Part shown: positions 1-9,197 of the stretch, in pieces
Layout of the letters: each line of letters starts with the position of its first letter
How positions within the stretch are numbered: the first letter of the stretch is position 1
NCBI GenBank assembly: GCA_016928955.1
Contig: JAFGJV010000016.1
Location: 1 to 62,224 of the forward strand
Source: Spirochaetales bacterium
GTDB lineage: Bacteria; Spirochaetota; Spirochaetia; Treponematales; UBA12059
Length of the DNA: 62,224 nt
Direction of reading: 5' to 3'
Position numbers and translations under genes: made by a program
The notes under the pieces: generated by a model
What the model was told of the DNA's origin: nothing
Database searches by the model: none
The model's input: only the letters and a program-made list of their open reading frames with translations

Positions 1-133
1 ATTTCAAAAGTCTGTTACTTTTGAAATTGGCTCTGCGATTGCTCGCGGTTGTTTGCATATTCCGCAACCGCTACGCAAATCACGTCTCAATATGTAGCTC
101 TTTCAAAACTCGTCCGACTTTTGAAAGAGCCTC
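1..133 (-). mobile_element. MITE-like element, family 2 (truncated by window edge)
   Basis: Reverse complement aligns with 53017-53144; contains terminal palindromes TTTCAAAAG...CTTTTGAAA and an internal GCGGTTG/CAACCGC hairpin. Confidence 0.75.
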
Positions 134-149
134 AATACGTCTGGCATAA

Positions 150-185
150 GGGGGCTTCTAAAAACTTCAATTTGTAGAGGTTCCC
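150..185. mobile_element. Short palindromic MITE/REP, family 1 (36 bp)
   Basis: GGGGGCTTCTAAAAAC...TTTGTAGAGGTTCCC flanked by ATAA on both sides (146-149, 186-189). Confidence 0.75.
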
Positions 186-200
186 ATAAATTGTCCGGGC

Positions 201-1586
201 TCATACGCCTGAGTGGGCGGACGGTAGCTTGTCTGGGAAGCCCAGCTCGCACGAAAGGCCGGGAGGCCCGTCAAAACGCATGATTCCCTTGAGCTGGCCT
301 TCTCCGAGCGCCTTGGCGAGGAGGATGCCCCTGTTGCATAGCGCATCGGGTGTCCAGCCGGGAGCGGGCCCCTTCCCGTTGTCCGACACGCGTATGGTCA
401 CGCCGGATTGGTCGCGCGAGGCGGACAGCGTAATTCGCGTGGCTCCGCCGTGCTCAAAGGCGTTTTCCGCTATCTCCGCGACGATTATGCCGCAGGGTAC
501 CGCCGCGTCCACCGCAAGATCCACGTTGCCCAGATCGTACTCAACGTCCGCGCCGCTTGAGCCCCGCACAACTTCAACAATCTTGGGAAGGAATTCCCGA
601 ACGGCGAGCCTGGAAGGGTTCCGCGCCTCGAAGAGGCCGTCATGAACTATGGCCATGGCCTCTACGCGACGGGCCATGCGGGACAGGAACCGGCCGTAAC
701 CAGGATCGTTGGTAGAGCCTTCATCCAGGCGCACCATGGACAGGATGGTCTGGAGCGTGTTGGCCGTGCGGTGGTAGAGCTCGTGGATCAGCGCGTCGCG
801 CTGCGAGATGACCTCCCGCAGGCCCCGTTCCACGGCCCGTTCGTCGGTGACGTCGCGTATGATGCCGAACAGCTTGAGGGTCTCCGGATCCCAGCGTGCC
901 TGGGATCGTATGTCTAGAATGGCGCCGTCGCTGTGCCGTTTGATCTTGAACTCGATGTCATACGGCACGCCCTTTCGGATGAGGTCATCGCGGGCACTGT
1001 CCATGGCCTCGCGGTACTCAGGGAGCGGCACCGACTCTATGAAGTCCACGGTGAGTCCGTCTCTCGGTACCCCGTATATTCTGGCCGATCCCTCTGAGCC
1101 CGTAACGACCTTGGTGCGGAAGTCGAATTCCCAACTGCCTATCTTTGCCATCTCTTCAGCGCGTTCCAGGAGAAAGGCTGTCTTCTTGAGTGCGTTCTCC
1201 GCTTCTTCCGAGGCGCTTATGTCCCTGAACGCCGTCACAAGGACGCGTTCCCGCTCGGACGGGAGATCGATGGTGGAACCAGAAAGCTGGTATAGCCGTG
1301 GCGCTTTGCCTTTGGGTTTCAGGCGCGTCGTGAAGCCTTGCACCGAGCCGTCCCGTTCCAGCGCCGCCTTGAACGCGTCCCGGTCACCGGCTTGGCACCA
1401 CATGTCCAGGTCCAGGGAAGATCGGCCGATCACCTCTTCCCGCGCGTAGCCGCTCTGGGCTACGAAGGCGTCATTCACCTCTATGAAACGTCCGGTATTG
1501 AGTGAGGATATCGCTATCATGTCCGGGCTGGCCGAAAAGGCGGCCATAAGCAGATTCGTACGCCCGGTATCGAGCGTTTTTTTCAT
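201..1586 (-). CDS. PAS-domain sensor histidine kinase (HisKA_2/HWE-like)
   Basis: Two PAS-like regions, ELYHRTANTLQ phosphoacceptor box, ENAFEHG N-box, DNGKG G1 box; start placed at ATG 1586. Confidence 0.85.
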   Translation of the reverse strand: MKKTLDTGRTNLLMAAFSASPDMIAISSLNTGRFIEVNDAFVAQSGYAREEVIGRSSLDLDMWCQAGDRDAFKAALERDGSVQGFTTRLKPKGKAPRLYQLSGSTIDLPSERERVLVTAFRDISASEEAENALKKTAFLLERAEEMAKIGSWEFDFRTKVVTGSEGSARIYGVPRDGLTVDFIESVPLPEYREAMDSARDDLIRKGVPYDIEFKIKRHSDGAILDIRSQARWDPETLKLFGIIRDVTDERAVERGLREVISQRDALIHELYHRTANTLQTILSMVRLDEGSTNDPGYGRFLSRMARRVEAMAIVHDGLFEARNPSRLAVREFLPKIVEVVRGSSGADVEYDLGNVDLAVDAAVPCGIIVAEIAENAFEHGGATRITLSASRDQSGVTIRVSDNGKGPAPGWTPDALCNRGILLAKALGEGQLKGIMRFDGPPGLSCELGFPDKLPSAHSGV

Positions 1587-1631
1587 ACTCCAAGTGTAAT
1601 CCACCGCTACCCGGGCGCAAGCCGGCCCCGC

Positions 1632-1660
1632 TTGATTTTTTCCCGCCACTTTTGTATAGT
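1632..1660 (+). promoter_or_regulatory. sigma70-like promoter of tRNA-Ala
   Basis: TTGATT-17 bp-TATAGT, 11 nt upstream of the tRNA. Confidence 0.65.
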
Positions 1661-1671
1661 CCGCTGTGCTT

Positions 1672-1744
1672 GGGGAATTAGCTCAGTTGGTAGAGCGATA
1701 GGTTCGCAATCTATAGGTCAGGGGTTCGAATCCCCTATTCTCCA
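1672..1744 (+). tRNA. tRNA-Ala (CGC), CCA not encoded
   Basis: Cloverleaf GGGGAAT/ATTCTCC with G3-U70 pair, D arm GCTCAGTTGGTAGAGC, anticodon loop TTCGCAA, T loop TTCGAAT. Confidence 0.97.
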
Positions 1745-1750
1745 CGATTG

Positions 1751-1778
1751 AAGGCCCGCCGTACGGCGGGCCCTTTTT
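1751..1778 (+). terminator. Intrinsic terminator after tRNA
   Basis: GGCCCGCC-GTAC-GGCGGGCC followed by a T run. Confidence 0.8.
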
Positions 1779-1779
1779 A

Positions 1780-2060
1780 TGGTGGAGAATAGGGGATTCG
1801 AAGCGAAGTGCCGACCCGTAACGCGCGATCATTTGAGCGCGTACAGGGGCGATGCGCCAGGGAGGGCGCATCGAGGCACGAGCCGGCCCGAAGAAGCGAG
1901 CCAGGACGGCGAGCTTCGGAGGGCGAATCCCCTATTCTCCAGAAAACAAAAAAGCCGCCCACAGGGCGGTTTTTTTGTTTTCGAAAAGGAGAATAGGGGT
2001 TTCGAACCGAGCGAGCACCGAGCGATAGCGAGGAAGAGGCGCCACGGAAGGCGCTCTCTG
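1780..2060. repeat. tRNA-3'-end-derived palindromic repeat array
   Basis: Inverted copies of the tRNA 3' end at 1780-1802 and 1988-2008, direct copy at 1924-1941, hairpins between them. Confidence 0.85.
1942..1982. terminator. Bidirectional terminator-like hairpin inside the tRNA-linked array
   Basis: GAAAACAAAAAAGCCGCCC-ACA-GGGCGGTTTTTTTGTTTTC. Confidence 0.75.
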
Positions 2061-2062
2061 CC

Positions 2063-2114
2063 TTGACAATCGTGAAAAAAATATCTACTCTGCACGGCGT
2101 ACCGCCTGGCGGTA
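2063..2114 (+). promoter_or_regulatory. sigma70 promoter of the hyd maturation operon with downstream palindrome
   Basis: TTGACA-17 bp-TACTCT; TACCGCC-T-GGCGGTA at 2100-2114. Confidence 0.65.
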
Positions 2115-2201
2115 TACAGCACTGAGAGACGGATTGATCCAGCTCGAGGTGCCCCGCGCGCGGCGGATGCCGGCGGCGAACTGATCCGGAGGATTAATCT
2201 G

Positions 2202-2480
2202 ATGGAAAAGCGTTTGGGTATCGTCGCCATCCTTATAGAAGGTAGCGACAGCGTGCCCCGCGTCAATTCGCTGCTATCCGAGTATTCCCACCTTGTAGAC
2301 GCCCGCCTCGGGCTGCCCATGCGCGACCGGGGCGTTTCCCTCATCTCCATCGTCGTAGAAGGAGACACCGACGCCATAGGGGCCCTTACCGGAAAACTGG
2401 GCAAGATTCCCGGCGTCAAGGTCAAGTCCGTCCTCACCGCTTTCCGGGAGGACAACCGTGGCACGCAGGACGACGACTGA
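2202..2480 (+). CDS. TM1266-family [FeFe]-hydrogenase system putative regulator (ACT-like)
   Basis: MEKRLGIVAILIE...RLGLPMRDRGVSLISIVV...ALTGKLGKIPGVKVKS; adjacent to hydE/hydF. Confidence 0.88.
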   Translation: MEKRLGIVAILIEGSDSVPRVNSLLSEYSHLVDARLGLPMRDRGVSLISIVVEGDTDAIGALTGKLGKIPGVKVKSVLTAFREDNRGTQDDD

Positions 2481-2574
2481 GGAACAGCGACCCGACAACT
2501 TCATCGACCTGGATACGGCGCGAGTCACGCTCCAAGCCGCCGCGGTAAGCGGCGTCCGGGAGGCGCGCCTGTGA
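2458..2574 (+). pseudogene. 38-aa ORF, probable internally deleted hydG relic
   Basis: GGAGG RBS, GTG start, MARRTTTEEQRPDNFIDLDTARVTLQAAA..., stop overlaps the hydE start (GTGA); occupies the expected hydG position. Confidence 0.45.
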
Positions 2575-3608
2575 CGCAGGATCACGAGCGTATGGCGGCC
2601 GAGCTACTGGCCATGCCTGACAGCGAGCTGTTCGCGCTGGCGGACCGGGTATGCAGGGCGGAGTTCGGAACGTCCGTGTACCTGCGCGGCCTCATAGAGG
2701 CTACCAACAACTGCTCCAGGGACTGCGCGTATTGCGGCATCCGGAGGAGCAACCCCAACGCCAGACGCTACGCGCTGTCCGACCAGGACATTCTGGACGC
2801 CGTGCGCGAAGGCAGGCGGGCGGGGCTATCGAGCTTTGTCGTGCAGGGTGCCGAGGACCCGGCCTTTGGCACCGGGCGCCTGGCCGGGCTTGCCCGGTTG
2901 TTGCGCTCGGAGCTTGGGGACGACGTTGCCCTCACCTTGAGCTTTGGCACCCTGTCCAGGAGCGCGTACGCGGAGCTCAGGCGGGCGGGCTGGAACCGCT
3001 ACCTCTTGCGCTTTGAGACTTCCGACCCGGATCTGCACCTGGCCCTGCGCGGATCCACGCTTGACCGCCGCCTTGAGGCCCTGCGCGACCTGCGCGACCT
3101 GGGCTTTGAGGTGGGCACAGGTTTCATGACCGGGCTTCCGGGCACGAATGAGGCGACCCTGGTACGCGATGTTGCCCTGACCGCCAGCCTTGAGCCGGAC
3201 ATGGTCGGCATAGGCCCTTTCATACCGCATCCGGGCACGCCCCTGGCGCGGGCTCGTTGCCGGGGGCTCGCGCCCATGCAGAGGGCTGTTGCCGCGGTTC
3301 GGGTACTCCTGCCGCAGGCCAACATGCCGGCCACCACTGCGGCAGGCAGCGTGGCGCCTGATGGACGGGAGCGTGCCCTGGCCGCCGGCGCCAATGTGCT
3401 CATGCCCAACATTGGCCCTGCCGCGCACAAGAAAGATTACGAGCTGTATCCGGGAAAGATCTGTCTGGACGAGGACGGCATCCGGTGCATGGGCTGTCTG
3501 TCCGGCAGGGTGGCGTCGGTGGGCAAGCGCGTCGACATGGGGCGGGGAGACTCCCCGGCATGGCTGGCTCGGCACGGAAGAGCGCGCGTCGCGGAAGCTG
3601 GCGCATGA
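2571..3608 (+). CDS. hydE: [FeFe]-hydrogenase H-cluster radical SAM maturase HydE
   Basis: CSRDCAYC radical SAM motif, RYLLRFET, GIGPFIPHPGTP, YELYPGK, C-terminal Cx7Cx2C. Confidence 0.93.
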   Translation: MTQDHERMAAELLAMPDSELFALADRVCRAEFGTSVYLRGLIEATNNCSRDCAYCGIRRSNPNARRYALSDQDILDAVREGRRAGLSSFVVQGAEDPAFGTGRLAGLARLLRSELGDDVALTLSFGTLSRSAYAELRRAGWNRYLLRFETSDPDLHLALRGSTLDRRLEALRDLRDLGFEVGTGFMTGLPGTNEATLVRDVALTASLEPDMVGIGPFIPHPGTPLARARCRGLAPMQRAVAAVRVLLPQANMPATTAAGSVAPDGRERALAAGANVLMPNIGPAAHKKDYELYPGKICLDEDGIRCMGCLSGRVASVGKRVDMGRGDSPAWLARHGRARVAEAGA

Positions 3609-4885
3609 CCACCCGCGGAGAGCGCGTGCACATAACCTTGTTCGGTGTCCGGAACGCCGGCAAGAGTTCGCTCATGAACGCGCTGGCAGGCCGGACCCTG
3701 TGCATCGTGTCGGACAGGCCGGGCACCACCACCGATCCGGTGACCAAGGCCATGGAGCTGGGCGAGCTGGGCCCGGTGGCCCTTGCCGACACGGCCGGTC
3801 TGGACGACGAGGGCGATCTGGGAACAAGCCGCGTGGAACGAAGCCTGGAGCGCCTTGCCTGGACTGATATTGCCCTGCTGGTCGCTCCCCTGGACCGCCC
3901 GCCGTCTGCGGCCGAGGAGCAGGCCCTGGCCCGCCTGTCCAGTTCCGGGGCGACGCTGGTTCTTGCGGTCACCTTCTGCGACCGCGGCGAGGACGCGGCG
4001 CGGTCCGAGTGGCTGGGACGGCTGAACGCTGGCCGCCTGGTCGTCAACGGGATAGCCATACCAAAGCCGGTTGTATCGGCGCGGGTGAACGCTCCCGGTG
4101 GCTCAGGCATATCGGAACTGCTCGGCGCTCTATCTTCCCTTGGATCGGGCGACGCTCTGCTTATGCGCGAGCGGCCGCCGCTTGACGGGCTGGTTGAGCC
4201 GGGTTCCAGCGTGCTTCTTGTCACGCCCATAGACGCGGCCGCGCCCAAGGGCCGGCTCATCCTGCCGCAGACTGAGGTCTTGCGCGACGCCCTGGACCGC
4301 GGCTGCGCCGTTACCGTGTGCAGGGAAACCGAGCTTGCGCGCGCGTACGGCGCCCTCAGGGAGCCGCCAGACATCGTGATCACGGACAGTCAGGCCTTTG
4401 CGCTGGTTTCCGCTGTTTTGCCCTTGGGACAGCGCCTGACCTCGTTTTCCATCCTGTACGCGCGCAAGAAGGGCGAGCTCGAGCGCTTTGAGTCGGGCAT
4501 GCGCTGGCTCATGGACTCCGCCGGTCGGGCGGGCGGACGGGGCGGTCCGGGGCCCATACGGCTGTTGTCCATAGAGGCCTGCACCCATAACCGGACGCAC
4601 GACGACATAGCCACGGTCAAGATACCCGCGCTCTTGTCCGAGCGCACGGGGCGGCCCGTGGATCTTTCCGTCGCGCGTGAATTGAGGGACGCGCCCGTGG
4701 CTCCTGGCGCGTATGACCTGGCTGCCTTGTGCGGGGGTTGCATGGCCACGCGCGCGCGCATGATGCACCAGCTGGACGCGCTGGCCGCGGCAGGCATACC
4801 CGTGGTCAATTTCGGGCTGTTTTTGGCCTGGGCACACGGAGCCTTTCCCCGTGCCCTCGACGCGCTGTATCCCGTCCGGGCGTGA
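3605..4885 (+). CDS. hydF: [FeFe]-hydrogenase maturation GTPase HydF
   Basis: GVRNAGKSS, GTTTDPV, DTAG, APKGRLILPQ, ITDSQAF, CTH...CGGC. Confidence 0.92.
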   Translation: MTTRGERVHITLFGVRNAGKSSLMNALAGRTLCIVSDRPGTTTDPVTKAMELGELGPVALADTAGLDDEGDLGTSRVERSLERLAWTDIALLVAPLDRPPSAAEEQALARLSSSGATLVLAVTFCDRGEDAARSEWLGRLNAGRLVVNGIAIPKPVVSARVNAPGGSGISELLGALSSLGSGDALLMRERPPLDGLVEPGSSVLLVTPIDAAAPKGRLILPQTEVLRDALDRGCAVTVCRETELARAYGALREPPDIVITDSQAFALVSAVLPLGQRLTSFSILYARKKGELERFESGMRWLMDSAGRAGGRGGPGPIRLLSIEACTHNRTHDDIATVKIPALLSERTGRPVDLSVARELRDAPVAPGAYDLAALCGGCMATRARMMHQLDALAAAGIPVVNFGLFLAWAHGAFPRALDALYPVRA

Positions 4886-4893
4886 GTGGCTGA

Positions 4894-5535
4894 CTAGGCT
4901 TGAGGGAGCCGGGCCCACGCGGACACGGCCTTGGCGGCGGCGTCCTCGGTGCGGAACAGATGGACCTTGAAACCGAGCGCCCGGGCAGCGTCGATGTTGC
5001 GCTCCACGTCGTCGACAAAGAGCGTGTCTTCCGGGAGCCAGCCGGAACGTTCGATGAACAGCTTGTAGATGGCGGGATCGGGCTTGGACACGCCCTCGTC
5101 GCCGGACCATAGCTTGAAGGCCACGCGGTCCAGGGCCGGCCACAGGTCCATCCAGAGGCGGCCGGCTCCCGCCGGCATGTTGGACAATATGCCCACCGGC
5201 ACGCCTGCGTCGACAAGACGTGCTACCAGGTCGTGCATGACGCGCCGCGGGCGGGACCACGCAGCCAGGTCGGTGCGCCCCAGGCGATCCAGGTTGCCGT
5301 CCAGCCAAGGAGCGGCCCCCGTGGCGCCAGCGTCGCCCAGCACCAGCGACCAATATGCGCGTGCGTCCAAGGAGCCACAGTCGTAGGCCGCGCGGTGCAG
5401 CCCCCAGGCGCCCAGGAATGCGTTCCGTTTGAGTCCGAGTTCGTCCAGCACAGGATCAAAAACCGACGCGTCCTGGGCACTGGTAAGGACGTAGCCAAAA
5501 TCCAGAAGCACGTTGCGTTTCCGGGTGTCTGTCAT
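4894..5535 (-). CDS. HAD-family phosphatase
   Basis: LLDFGYVL motif I, ILSN, KPDPAIY, FVDD. Confidence 0.85.
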   Translation of the reverse strand: MTDTRKRNVLLDFGYVLTSAQDASVFDPVLDELGLKRNAFLGAWGLHRAAYDCGSLDARAYWSLVLGDAGATGAAPWLDGNLDRLGRTDLAAWSRPRRVMHDLVARLVDAGVPVGILSNMPAGAGRLWMDLWPALDRVAFKLWSGDEGVSKPDPAIYKLFIERSGWLPEDTLFVDDVERNIDAARALGFKVHLFRTEDAAAKAVSAWARLPQA

Positions 5536-5595
5536 GGTCCCGAGTGTGCCCGCATCCGGCGGCGCGGGGCAAGGGGGTGCTGAGTGCATTTCTTC

Positions 5596-6537
5596 CTATT
5601 GGAACTCCCCCAGCAACACAACCTCCGGCTCCAGCTCAAAGCCGAAGCGTTCCCTGGCCGCGGCCTGGGCGGCGCGGACAAGGGCGAGCATGTCGGACGC
5701 GCGTGCGCCTCCCGCGTTGACGAAAATGTTGGCGTGTTTTGGCGACACCATGGCGCCGCCGATTTTCCGGCCGCGGAAACCGAGCTCGTCCAGTATCTTG
5801 CCCGTGGGCCGGCCAAAGCGCCTGTCGTTCTTGAACATGCTGCCCGCGCAGGGGTAGTCGAAATGGCCTTTTGCCCTGCGGTCTGCCTCCAGCTCGGCGG
5901 CCCGTGCTGCCAGGGCGGAAGCGTCGCCCAGTTCAAGCCTGAAGCTGGCTCCGACTATGGTCGATCCCTCAAGCCGGCCGCCGGGCATGAAGGGCGTCCG
6001 CTTGTACGCCCACTCGCCGCGTTCGGGGGCCATGGTGGCCGGTTCCAGATTGGCGTCCAGGAAGTCGACCGACGCCAGGATGTCCGCCATCTCCCTGTCG
6101 TAACAGCGGGCGTTCATGTATGCTGCGCCGCCGGCCGAGCCAGGCAGGCCGGCGGCGAACTCGATGCCGGCCAAGCCCCGGGCCAGGGCCGCTCGCACAA
6201 GGGCCGTCACCGGAGCGCCGGCTCCGGCGCGCAGTATGGCCGAGCCGGCATCGGAGGGGACCAGTTCCACGGCGTCCATGAGAGACGTGCATACAACGAC
6301 GCCGCGGAAACCCGCGTCCGACGCCAGCACGTTGGCGCCGCCGCCGAGCACGGCCATGGGCGTCCCGGCATCCCTGGCGGCGCGCATGACGGCGGCCAGG
6401 GCGCCGGTGTTCCTCGGGAGGACAAACACGTCGGCCGGCCCCCCGATGCGGAAGCTGGTGCGGCGGGCCAGGGGCTCGTCGTACAGGACCTGGGCGTCTA
6501 TATTGCTTTTCTGGAAAATTTTCCGTAGTGTATCCAT
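5596..6537 (-). CDS. murB: UDP-N-acetylmuramate dehydrogenase
   Basis: [51 protein letters not shown]. Confidence 0.95.
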   Translation of the reverse strand: MDTLRKIFQKSNIDAQVLYDEPLARRTSFRIGGPADVFVLPRNTGALAAVMRAARDAGTPMAVLGGGANVLASDAGFRGVVVCTSLMDAVELVPSDAGSAILRAGAGAPVTALVRAALARGLAGIEFAAGLPGSAGGAAYMNARCYDREMADILASVDFLDANLEPATMAPERGEWAYKRTPFMPGGRLEGSTIVGASFRLELGDASALAARAAELEADRRAKGHFDYPCAGSMFKNDRRFGRPTGKILDELGFRGRKIGGAMVSPKHANIFVNAGGARASDMLALVRAAQAAARERFGFELEPEVVLLGEFQ

Positions 6538-6646
6538 CGACCGGATAGTATATGGTATACGGCGTCCGTTCAAGGCGACCAAGGCGGTCCCGCGACCGCG
6601 GCATGACCGTCCGGGCCACCCAACACTATGCAAGAAGGAGGACCGC

Positions 6647-8092
6647 GTGGGCTTACGCTTGTACAACACCATGGGACGAAGCCTAGAGGAATTCGTCCCG
6701 CTTAACCCTGGGAAAGTAGGCTTCTACGGCTGCGGTCCCACCGTTTACAGTTTCGCGCATATCGGGAACATGCGCCCCTACGTGTTCCACGACACGCTGA
6801 CCCGTTTCCTGCGCTGGTCGGGTTACGAGGTGACGCACGTGATGAACGTCACCGACGTGGGGCACCTGTCCGGGGACGACGACACGGGCGAGGACAAGAT
6901 GGTCAAGAGCGCGCAGGAAAAACACCAGTCCGTGCTCGAGGTGGCGGAGTTCTACACCAAGGCTTTCTTCAATGACACAGAGCGACTCAACGTGGTCAGG
7001 CCCACCGTGGTGTGCAAGGCCACCGAGCACGTGGGGGACATGATAGCGCTGATCCAGCGCATGGAGGCGCGCGGCTTTACCTACATGGCCGGCGGCAACC
7101 TGTATTTTGACGTGTCCAAATTCCCGGATTACGGCAAGCTGGCCATGCTCAAGCTGGACGAGCTCCAGTCGGGCGCCCGGGTGGACGTGGACGAAAACAA
7201 GCGCAATCCCCTGGACTTTGTGCTCTGGTTCACCAAGAGCAAGTTCGAGGACCAGGCCCTGCAGTGGGACAGTCCCTGGGGACGCGGCTACCCCGGCTGG
7301 CACATAGAGTGCTCGGCCATGAGCATCAAGTACCTGGGCGAGAGCTTTGACATCCACGCAGGCGGCATAGACCACGTACCCGTGCATCATACCAACGAGA
7401 TAGCACAGAGCGAGGCGGCCACCGGCAAGCCATGGGTGCGCTACTGGCTGCACAACGAGTTCCTCATCATCGACAAGGGCAAGATGAGCAAGAGCAAGGG
7501 CTCCGTGCTCACGCTGCAGACCTTGGTGGACGCGGGTTACGAGCCGCTGGATTACCGCTATTTCCTCCTTGGGGGCCACTACCGCTCCCAGTTGCAATTC
7601 AGCTACGATTCGCTGGATTCGGCCCGCTCGTCAAGGCGCTCGCTGGCCGACCGGGTGCTGGCCCTGCGGGACAACGCCACCGGGCAGGGCGAGTCTGATC
7701 CGCGCCTAACGACATTGGAGCACCTGGACGGCGCGGCCAAGGCCCGCCTCGACGCGTTCCGCGCGGCCATGGAGGACGACCTCAACACGCCGCGTGCGCT
7801 GGCCGAGCTGTGGGGGGTTCTCCGCGAGCAGAACGTGCCGGCCGCGGACGCCCTGGCGGCGGCTTTTGAGATGGACAGGGTGCTGGGCCTGGGCCTGGCC
7901 GATCTGCGCAGGGCCAAGGCCCAGGCGGTGGATCCTGCTCTGGCCGCTGAAATCAACGAACTTGTGGCCAGGCGGGCGGAGGCCAAAAAGGCGCGTGACT
8001 TCGTGTCGGCGGACGCCATACGAGACCAACTGAAGGCCAGAGGCGTCATTCTGGAAGACGGGCCGTCGGGAACGAGCTGGAAGCTGGCTTGA
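6647..8092 (+). CDS. cysS: Cysteine--tRNA ligase
   Basis: [28 protein letters not shown] start after AAGGAGG. Confidence 0.98.
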   Translation: MGLRLYNTMGRSLEEFVPLNPGKVGFYGCGPTVYSFAHIGNMRPYVFHDTLTRFLRWSGYEVTHVMNVTDVGHLSGDDDTGEDKMVKSAQEKHQSVLEVAEFYTKAFFNDTERLNVVRPTVVCKATEHVGDMIALIQRMEARGFTYMAGGNLYFDVSKFPDYGKLAMLKLDELQSGARVDVDENKRNPLDFVLWFTKSKFEDQALQWDSPWGRGYPGWHIECSAMSIKYLGESFDIHAGGIDHVPVHHTNEIAQSEAATGKPWVRYWLHNEFLIIDKGKMSKSKGSVLTLQTLVDAGYEPLDYRYFLLGGHYRSQLQFSYDSLDSARSSRRSLADRVLALRDNATGQGESDPRLTTLEHLDGAAKARLDAFRAAMEDDLNTPRALAELWGVLREQNVPAADALAAAFEMDRVLGLGLADLRRAKAQAVDPALAAEINELVARRAEAKKARDFVSADAIRDQLKARGVILEDGPSGTSWKLA

Positions 8093-8125
8093 TAGGCGCC
8101 AGGCAGTAACGAATGGAGTGGGCGA

Positions 8126-8665
8126 TTGTTTGCTAACGGGAAGGGGACCTTGGACGACGGTTTCAGGGCCCTGTACGACGAGACCTTCACCATGCTCTGG
8201 AGGGTGGCGCGCCGGATAACCAACTCCGAGGAAGCCGCCGAGGACGTGGTACACGACTCGTACATCAAGGCCGTGGAACGCTGGGACATCTTTCCCACCC
8301 TGGACGACGCCAAGTACTGGCTCATCCGGGTGGTCAAGAACAACGCCCTGAACTGGATCAAGCGCAAGGGGCGCGAGCAGAAGGTGTACCAGCGCTACTT
8401 CCGGGAAACCGAGGCCAAGGGCCCGTCTCCCGAGGACGAGACCCTGCGCGACGAGTCGGCAAAGGACGTCAAGGCTGCTCTGGGGCGCCTGCCGGACAAG
8501 TTCAAGACGGTGCTTGTCCTCAAGGAATACGGCGAGCTGAATTACAAGGAAATCGGCAAAGTGCTTGGCATAACCGAGGGGAACGTGAAGGTCCGGGTGT
8601 TCCGGGCTCGCGAGGCCCTTTCGGAGCTGATGCGGGAGGGTTCCGGCGATGTGTCCCGGTCGTGA
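8126..8665 (+). CDS. ECF-type RNA polymerase sigma factor
   Basis: AEDVVHDSYIK, WLIRVVKN (region 2); LNYKEIGKVLGITEGNVKVRVFRAR (region 4). Confidence 0.92.
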   Translation: MFANGKGTLDDGFRALYDETFTMLWRVARRITNSEEAAEDVVHDSYIKAVERWDIFPTLDDAKYWLIRVVKNNALNWIKRKGREQKVYQRYFRETEAKGPSPEDETLRDESAKDVKAALGRLPDKFKTVLVLKEYGELNYKEIGKVLGITEGNVKVRVFRAREALSELMREGSGDVSRS

Positions 8666-9197
8666 TTTACTTTCGGCCTGGGTAGACGGCGAGGTTCCGT
8701 CGCCCTGGCGCGAGTCCATAGGCAAACACGTCGGCGAATGCGCTCGTTGCGCTGAAACCGTGGAGCGCTTCCGCTCGGTAAGCCGTGCCCTGCGCGGAGA
8801 CGAGGACAAGGGCGCCCTGGCGGCCGCCTCCGAGCGGGTCCTGGACAGGCTGTACAGGACCGCCCCGCCGGCCCGGCGCCTGAGCGTGTGGACCAGGCGG
8901 GTGGCCGTGCCCCTGCCCGCAGCAGCGGCCGCCGCGGTGGTGGCCCTGGCCCTGGGCCTGGCCGTTGCCCTGACAGGCGCCCGCAACGCCGAGCTTCGCA
9001 TGGCCATGAAGAACGTGGTCCAGCCGGCTCCCGCCGTGGCCACGGGCCTTGGCATGGAGTCCATCCTGGAATACCTGTCCGGCCAGGAAGCCGGCGTCAA
9101 CATAACCATCACCCTGCCTGCCGGGTCGGGCACGCAGGCGTCCGGAGAACCGTTCATCATCCGAGAGGCCGACTACCAGAAAGAGAGCGACCAGTGA
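8649..9197 (+). CDS. Zinc-binding (ZAS) membrane anti-sigma factor
   Basis: MCP...LSAWVDGE...HVGECARC plus one TM helix; overlaps the sigma gene. Confidence 0.85.
   Translation: MCPGRDLLSAWVDGEVPSPWRESIGKHVGECARCAETVERFRSVSRALRGDEDKGALAAASERVLDRLYRTAPPARRLSVWTRRVAVPLPAAAAAAVVALALGLAVALTGARNAELRMAMKNVVQPAPAVATGLGMESILEYLSGQEAGVNITITLPAGSGTQASGEPFIIREADYQKESDQ

Noticed and set aside
1672..2008. Genomic island integrated at tRNA-Ala
   Set aside because: The direct repeat is only about 200 bp away, there is no integrase, and downstream genes look native
2120..2200. TPP-riboswitch-like words (CTGAGA...GAACTGATCCGG...TAAT) in the hyd leader
   Set aside because: The GCG/AGGGA 3' core and the P1/P2 pairings are missing
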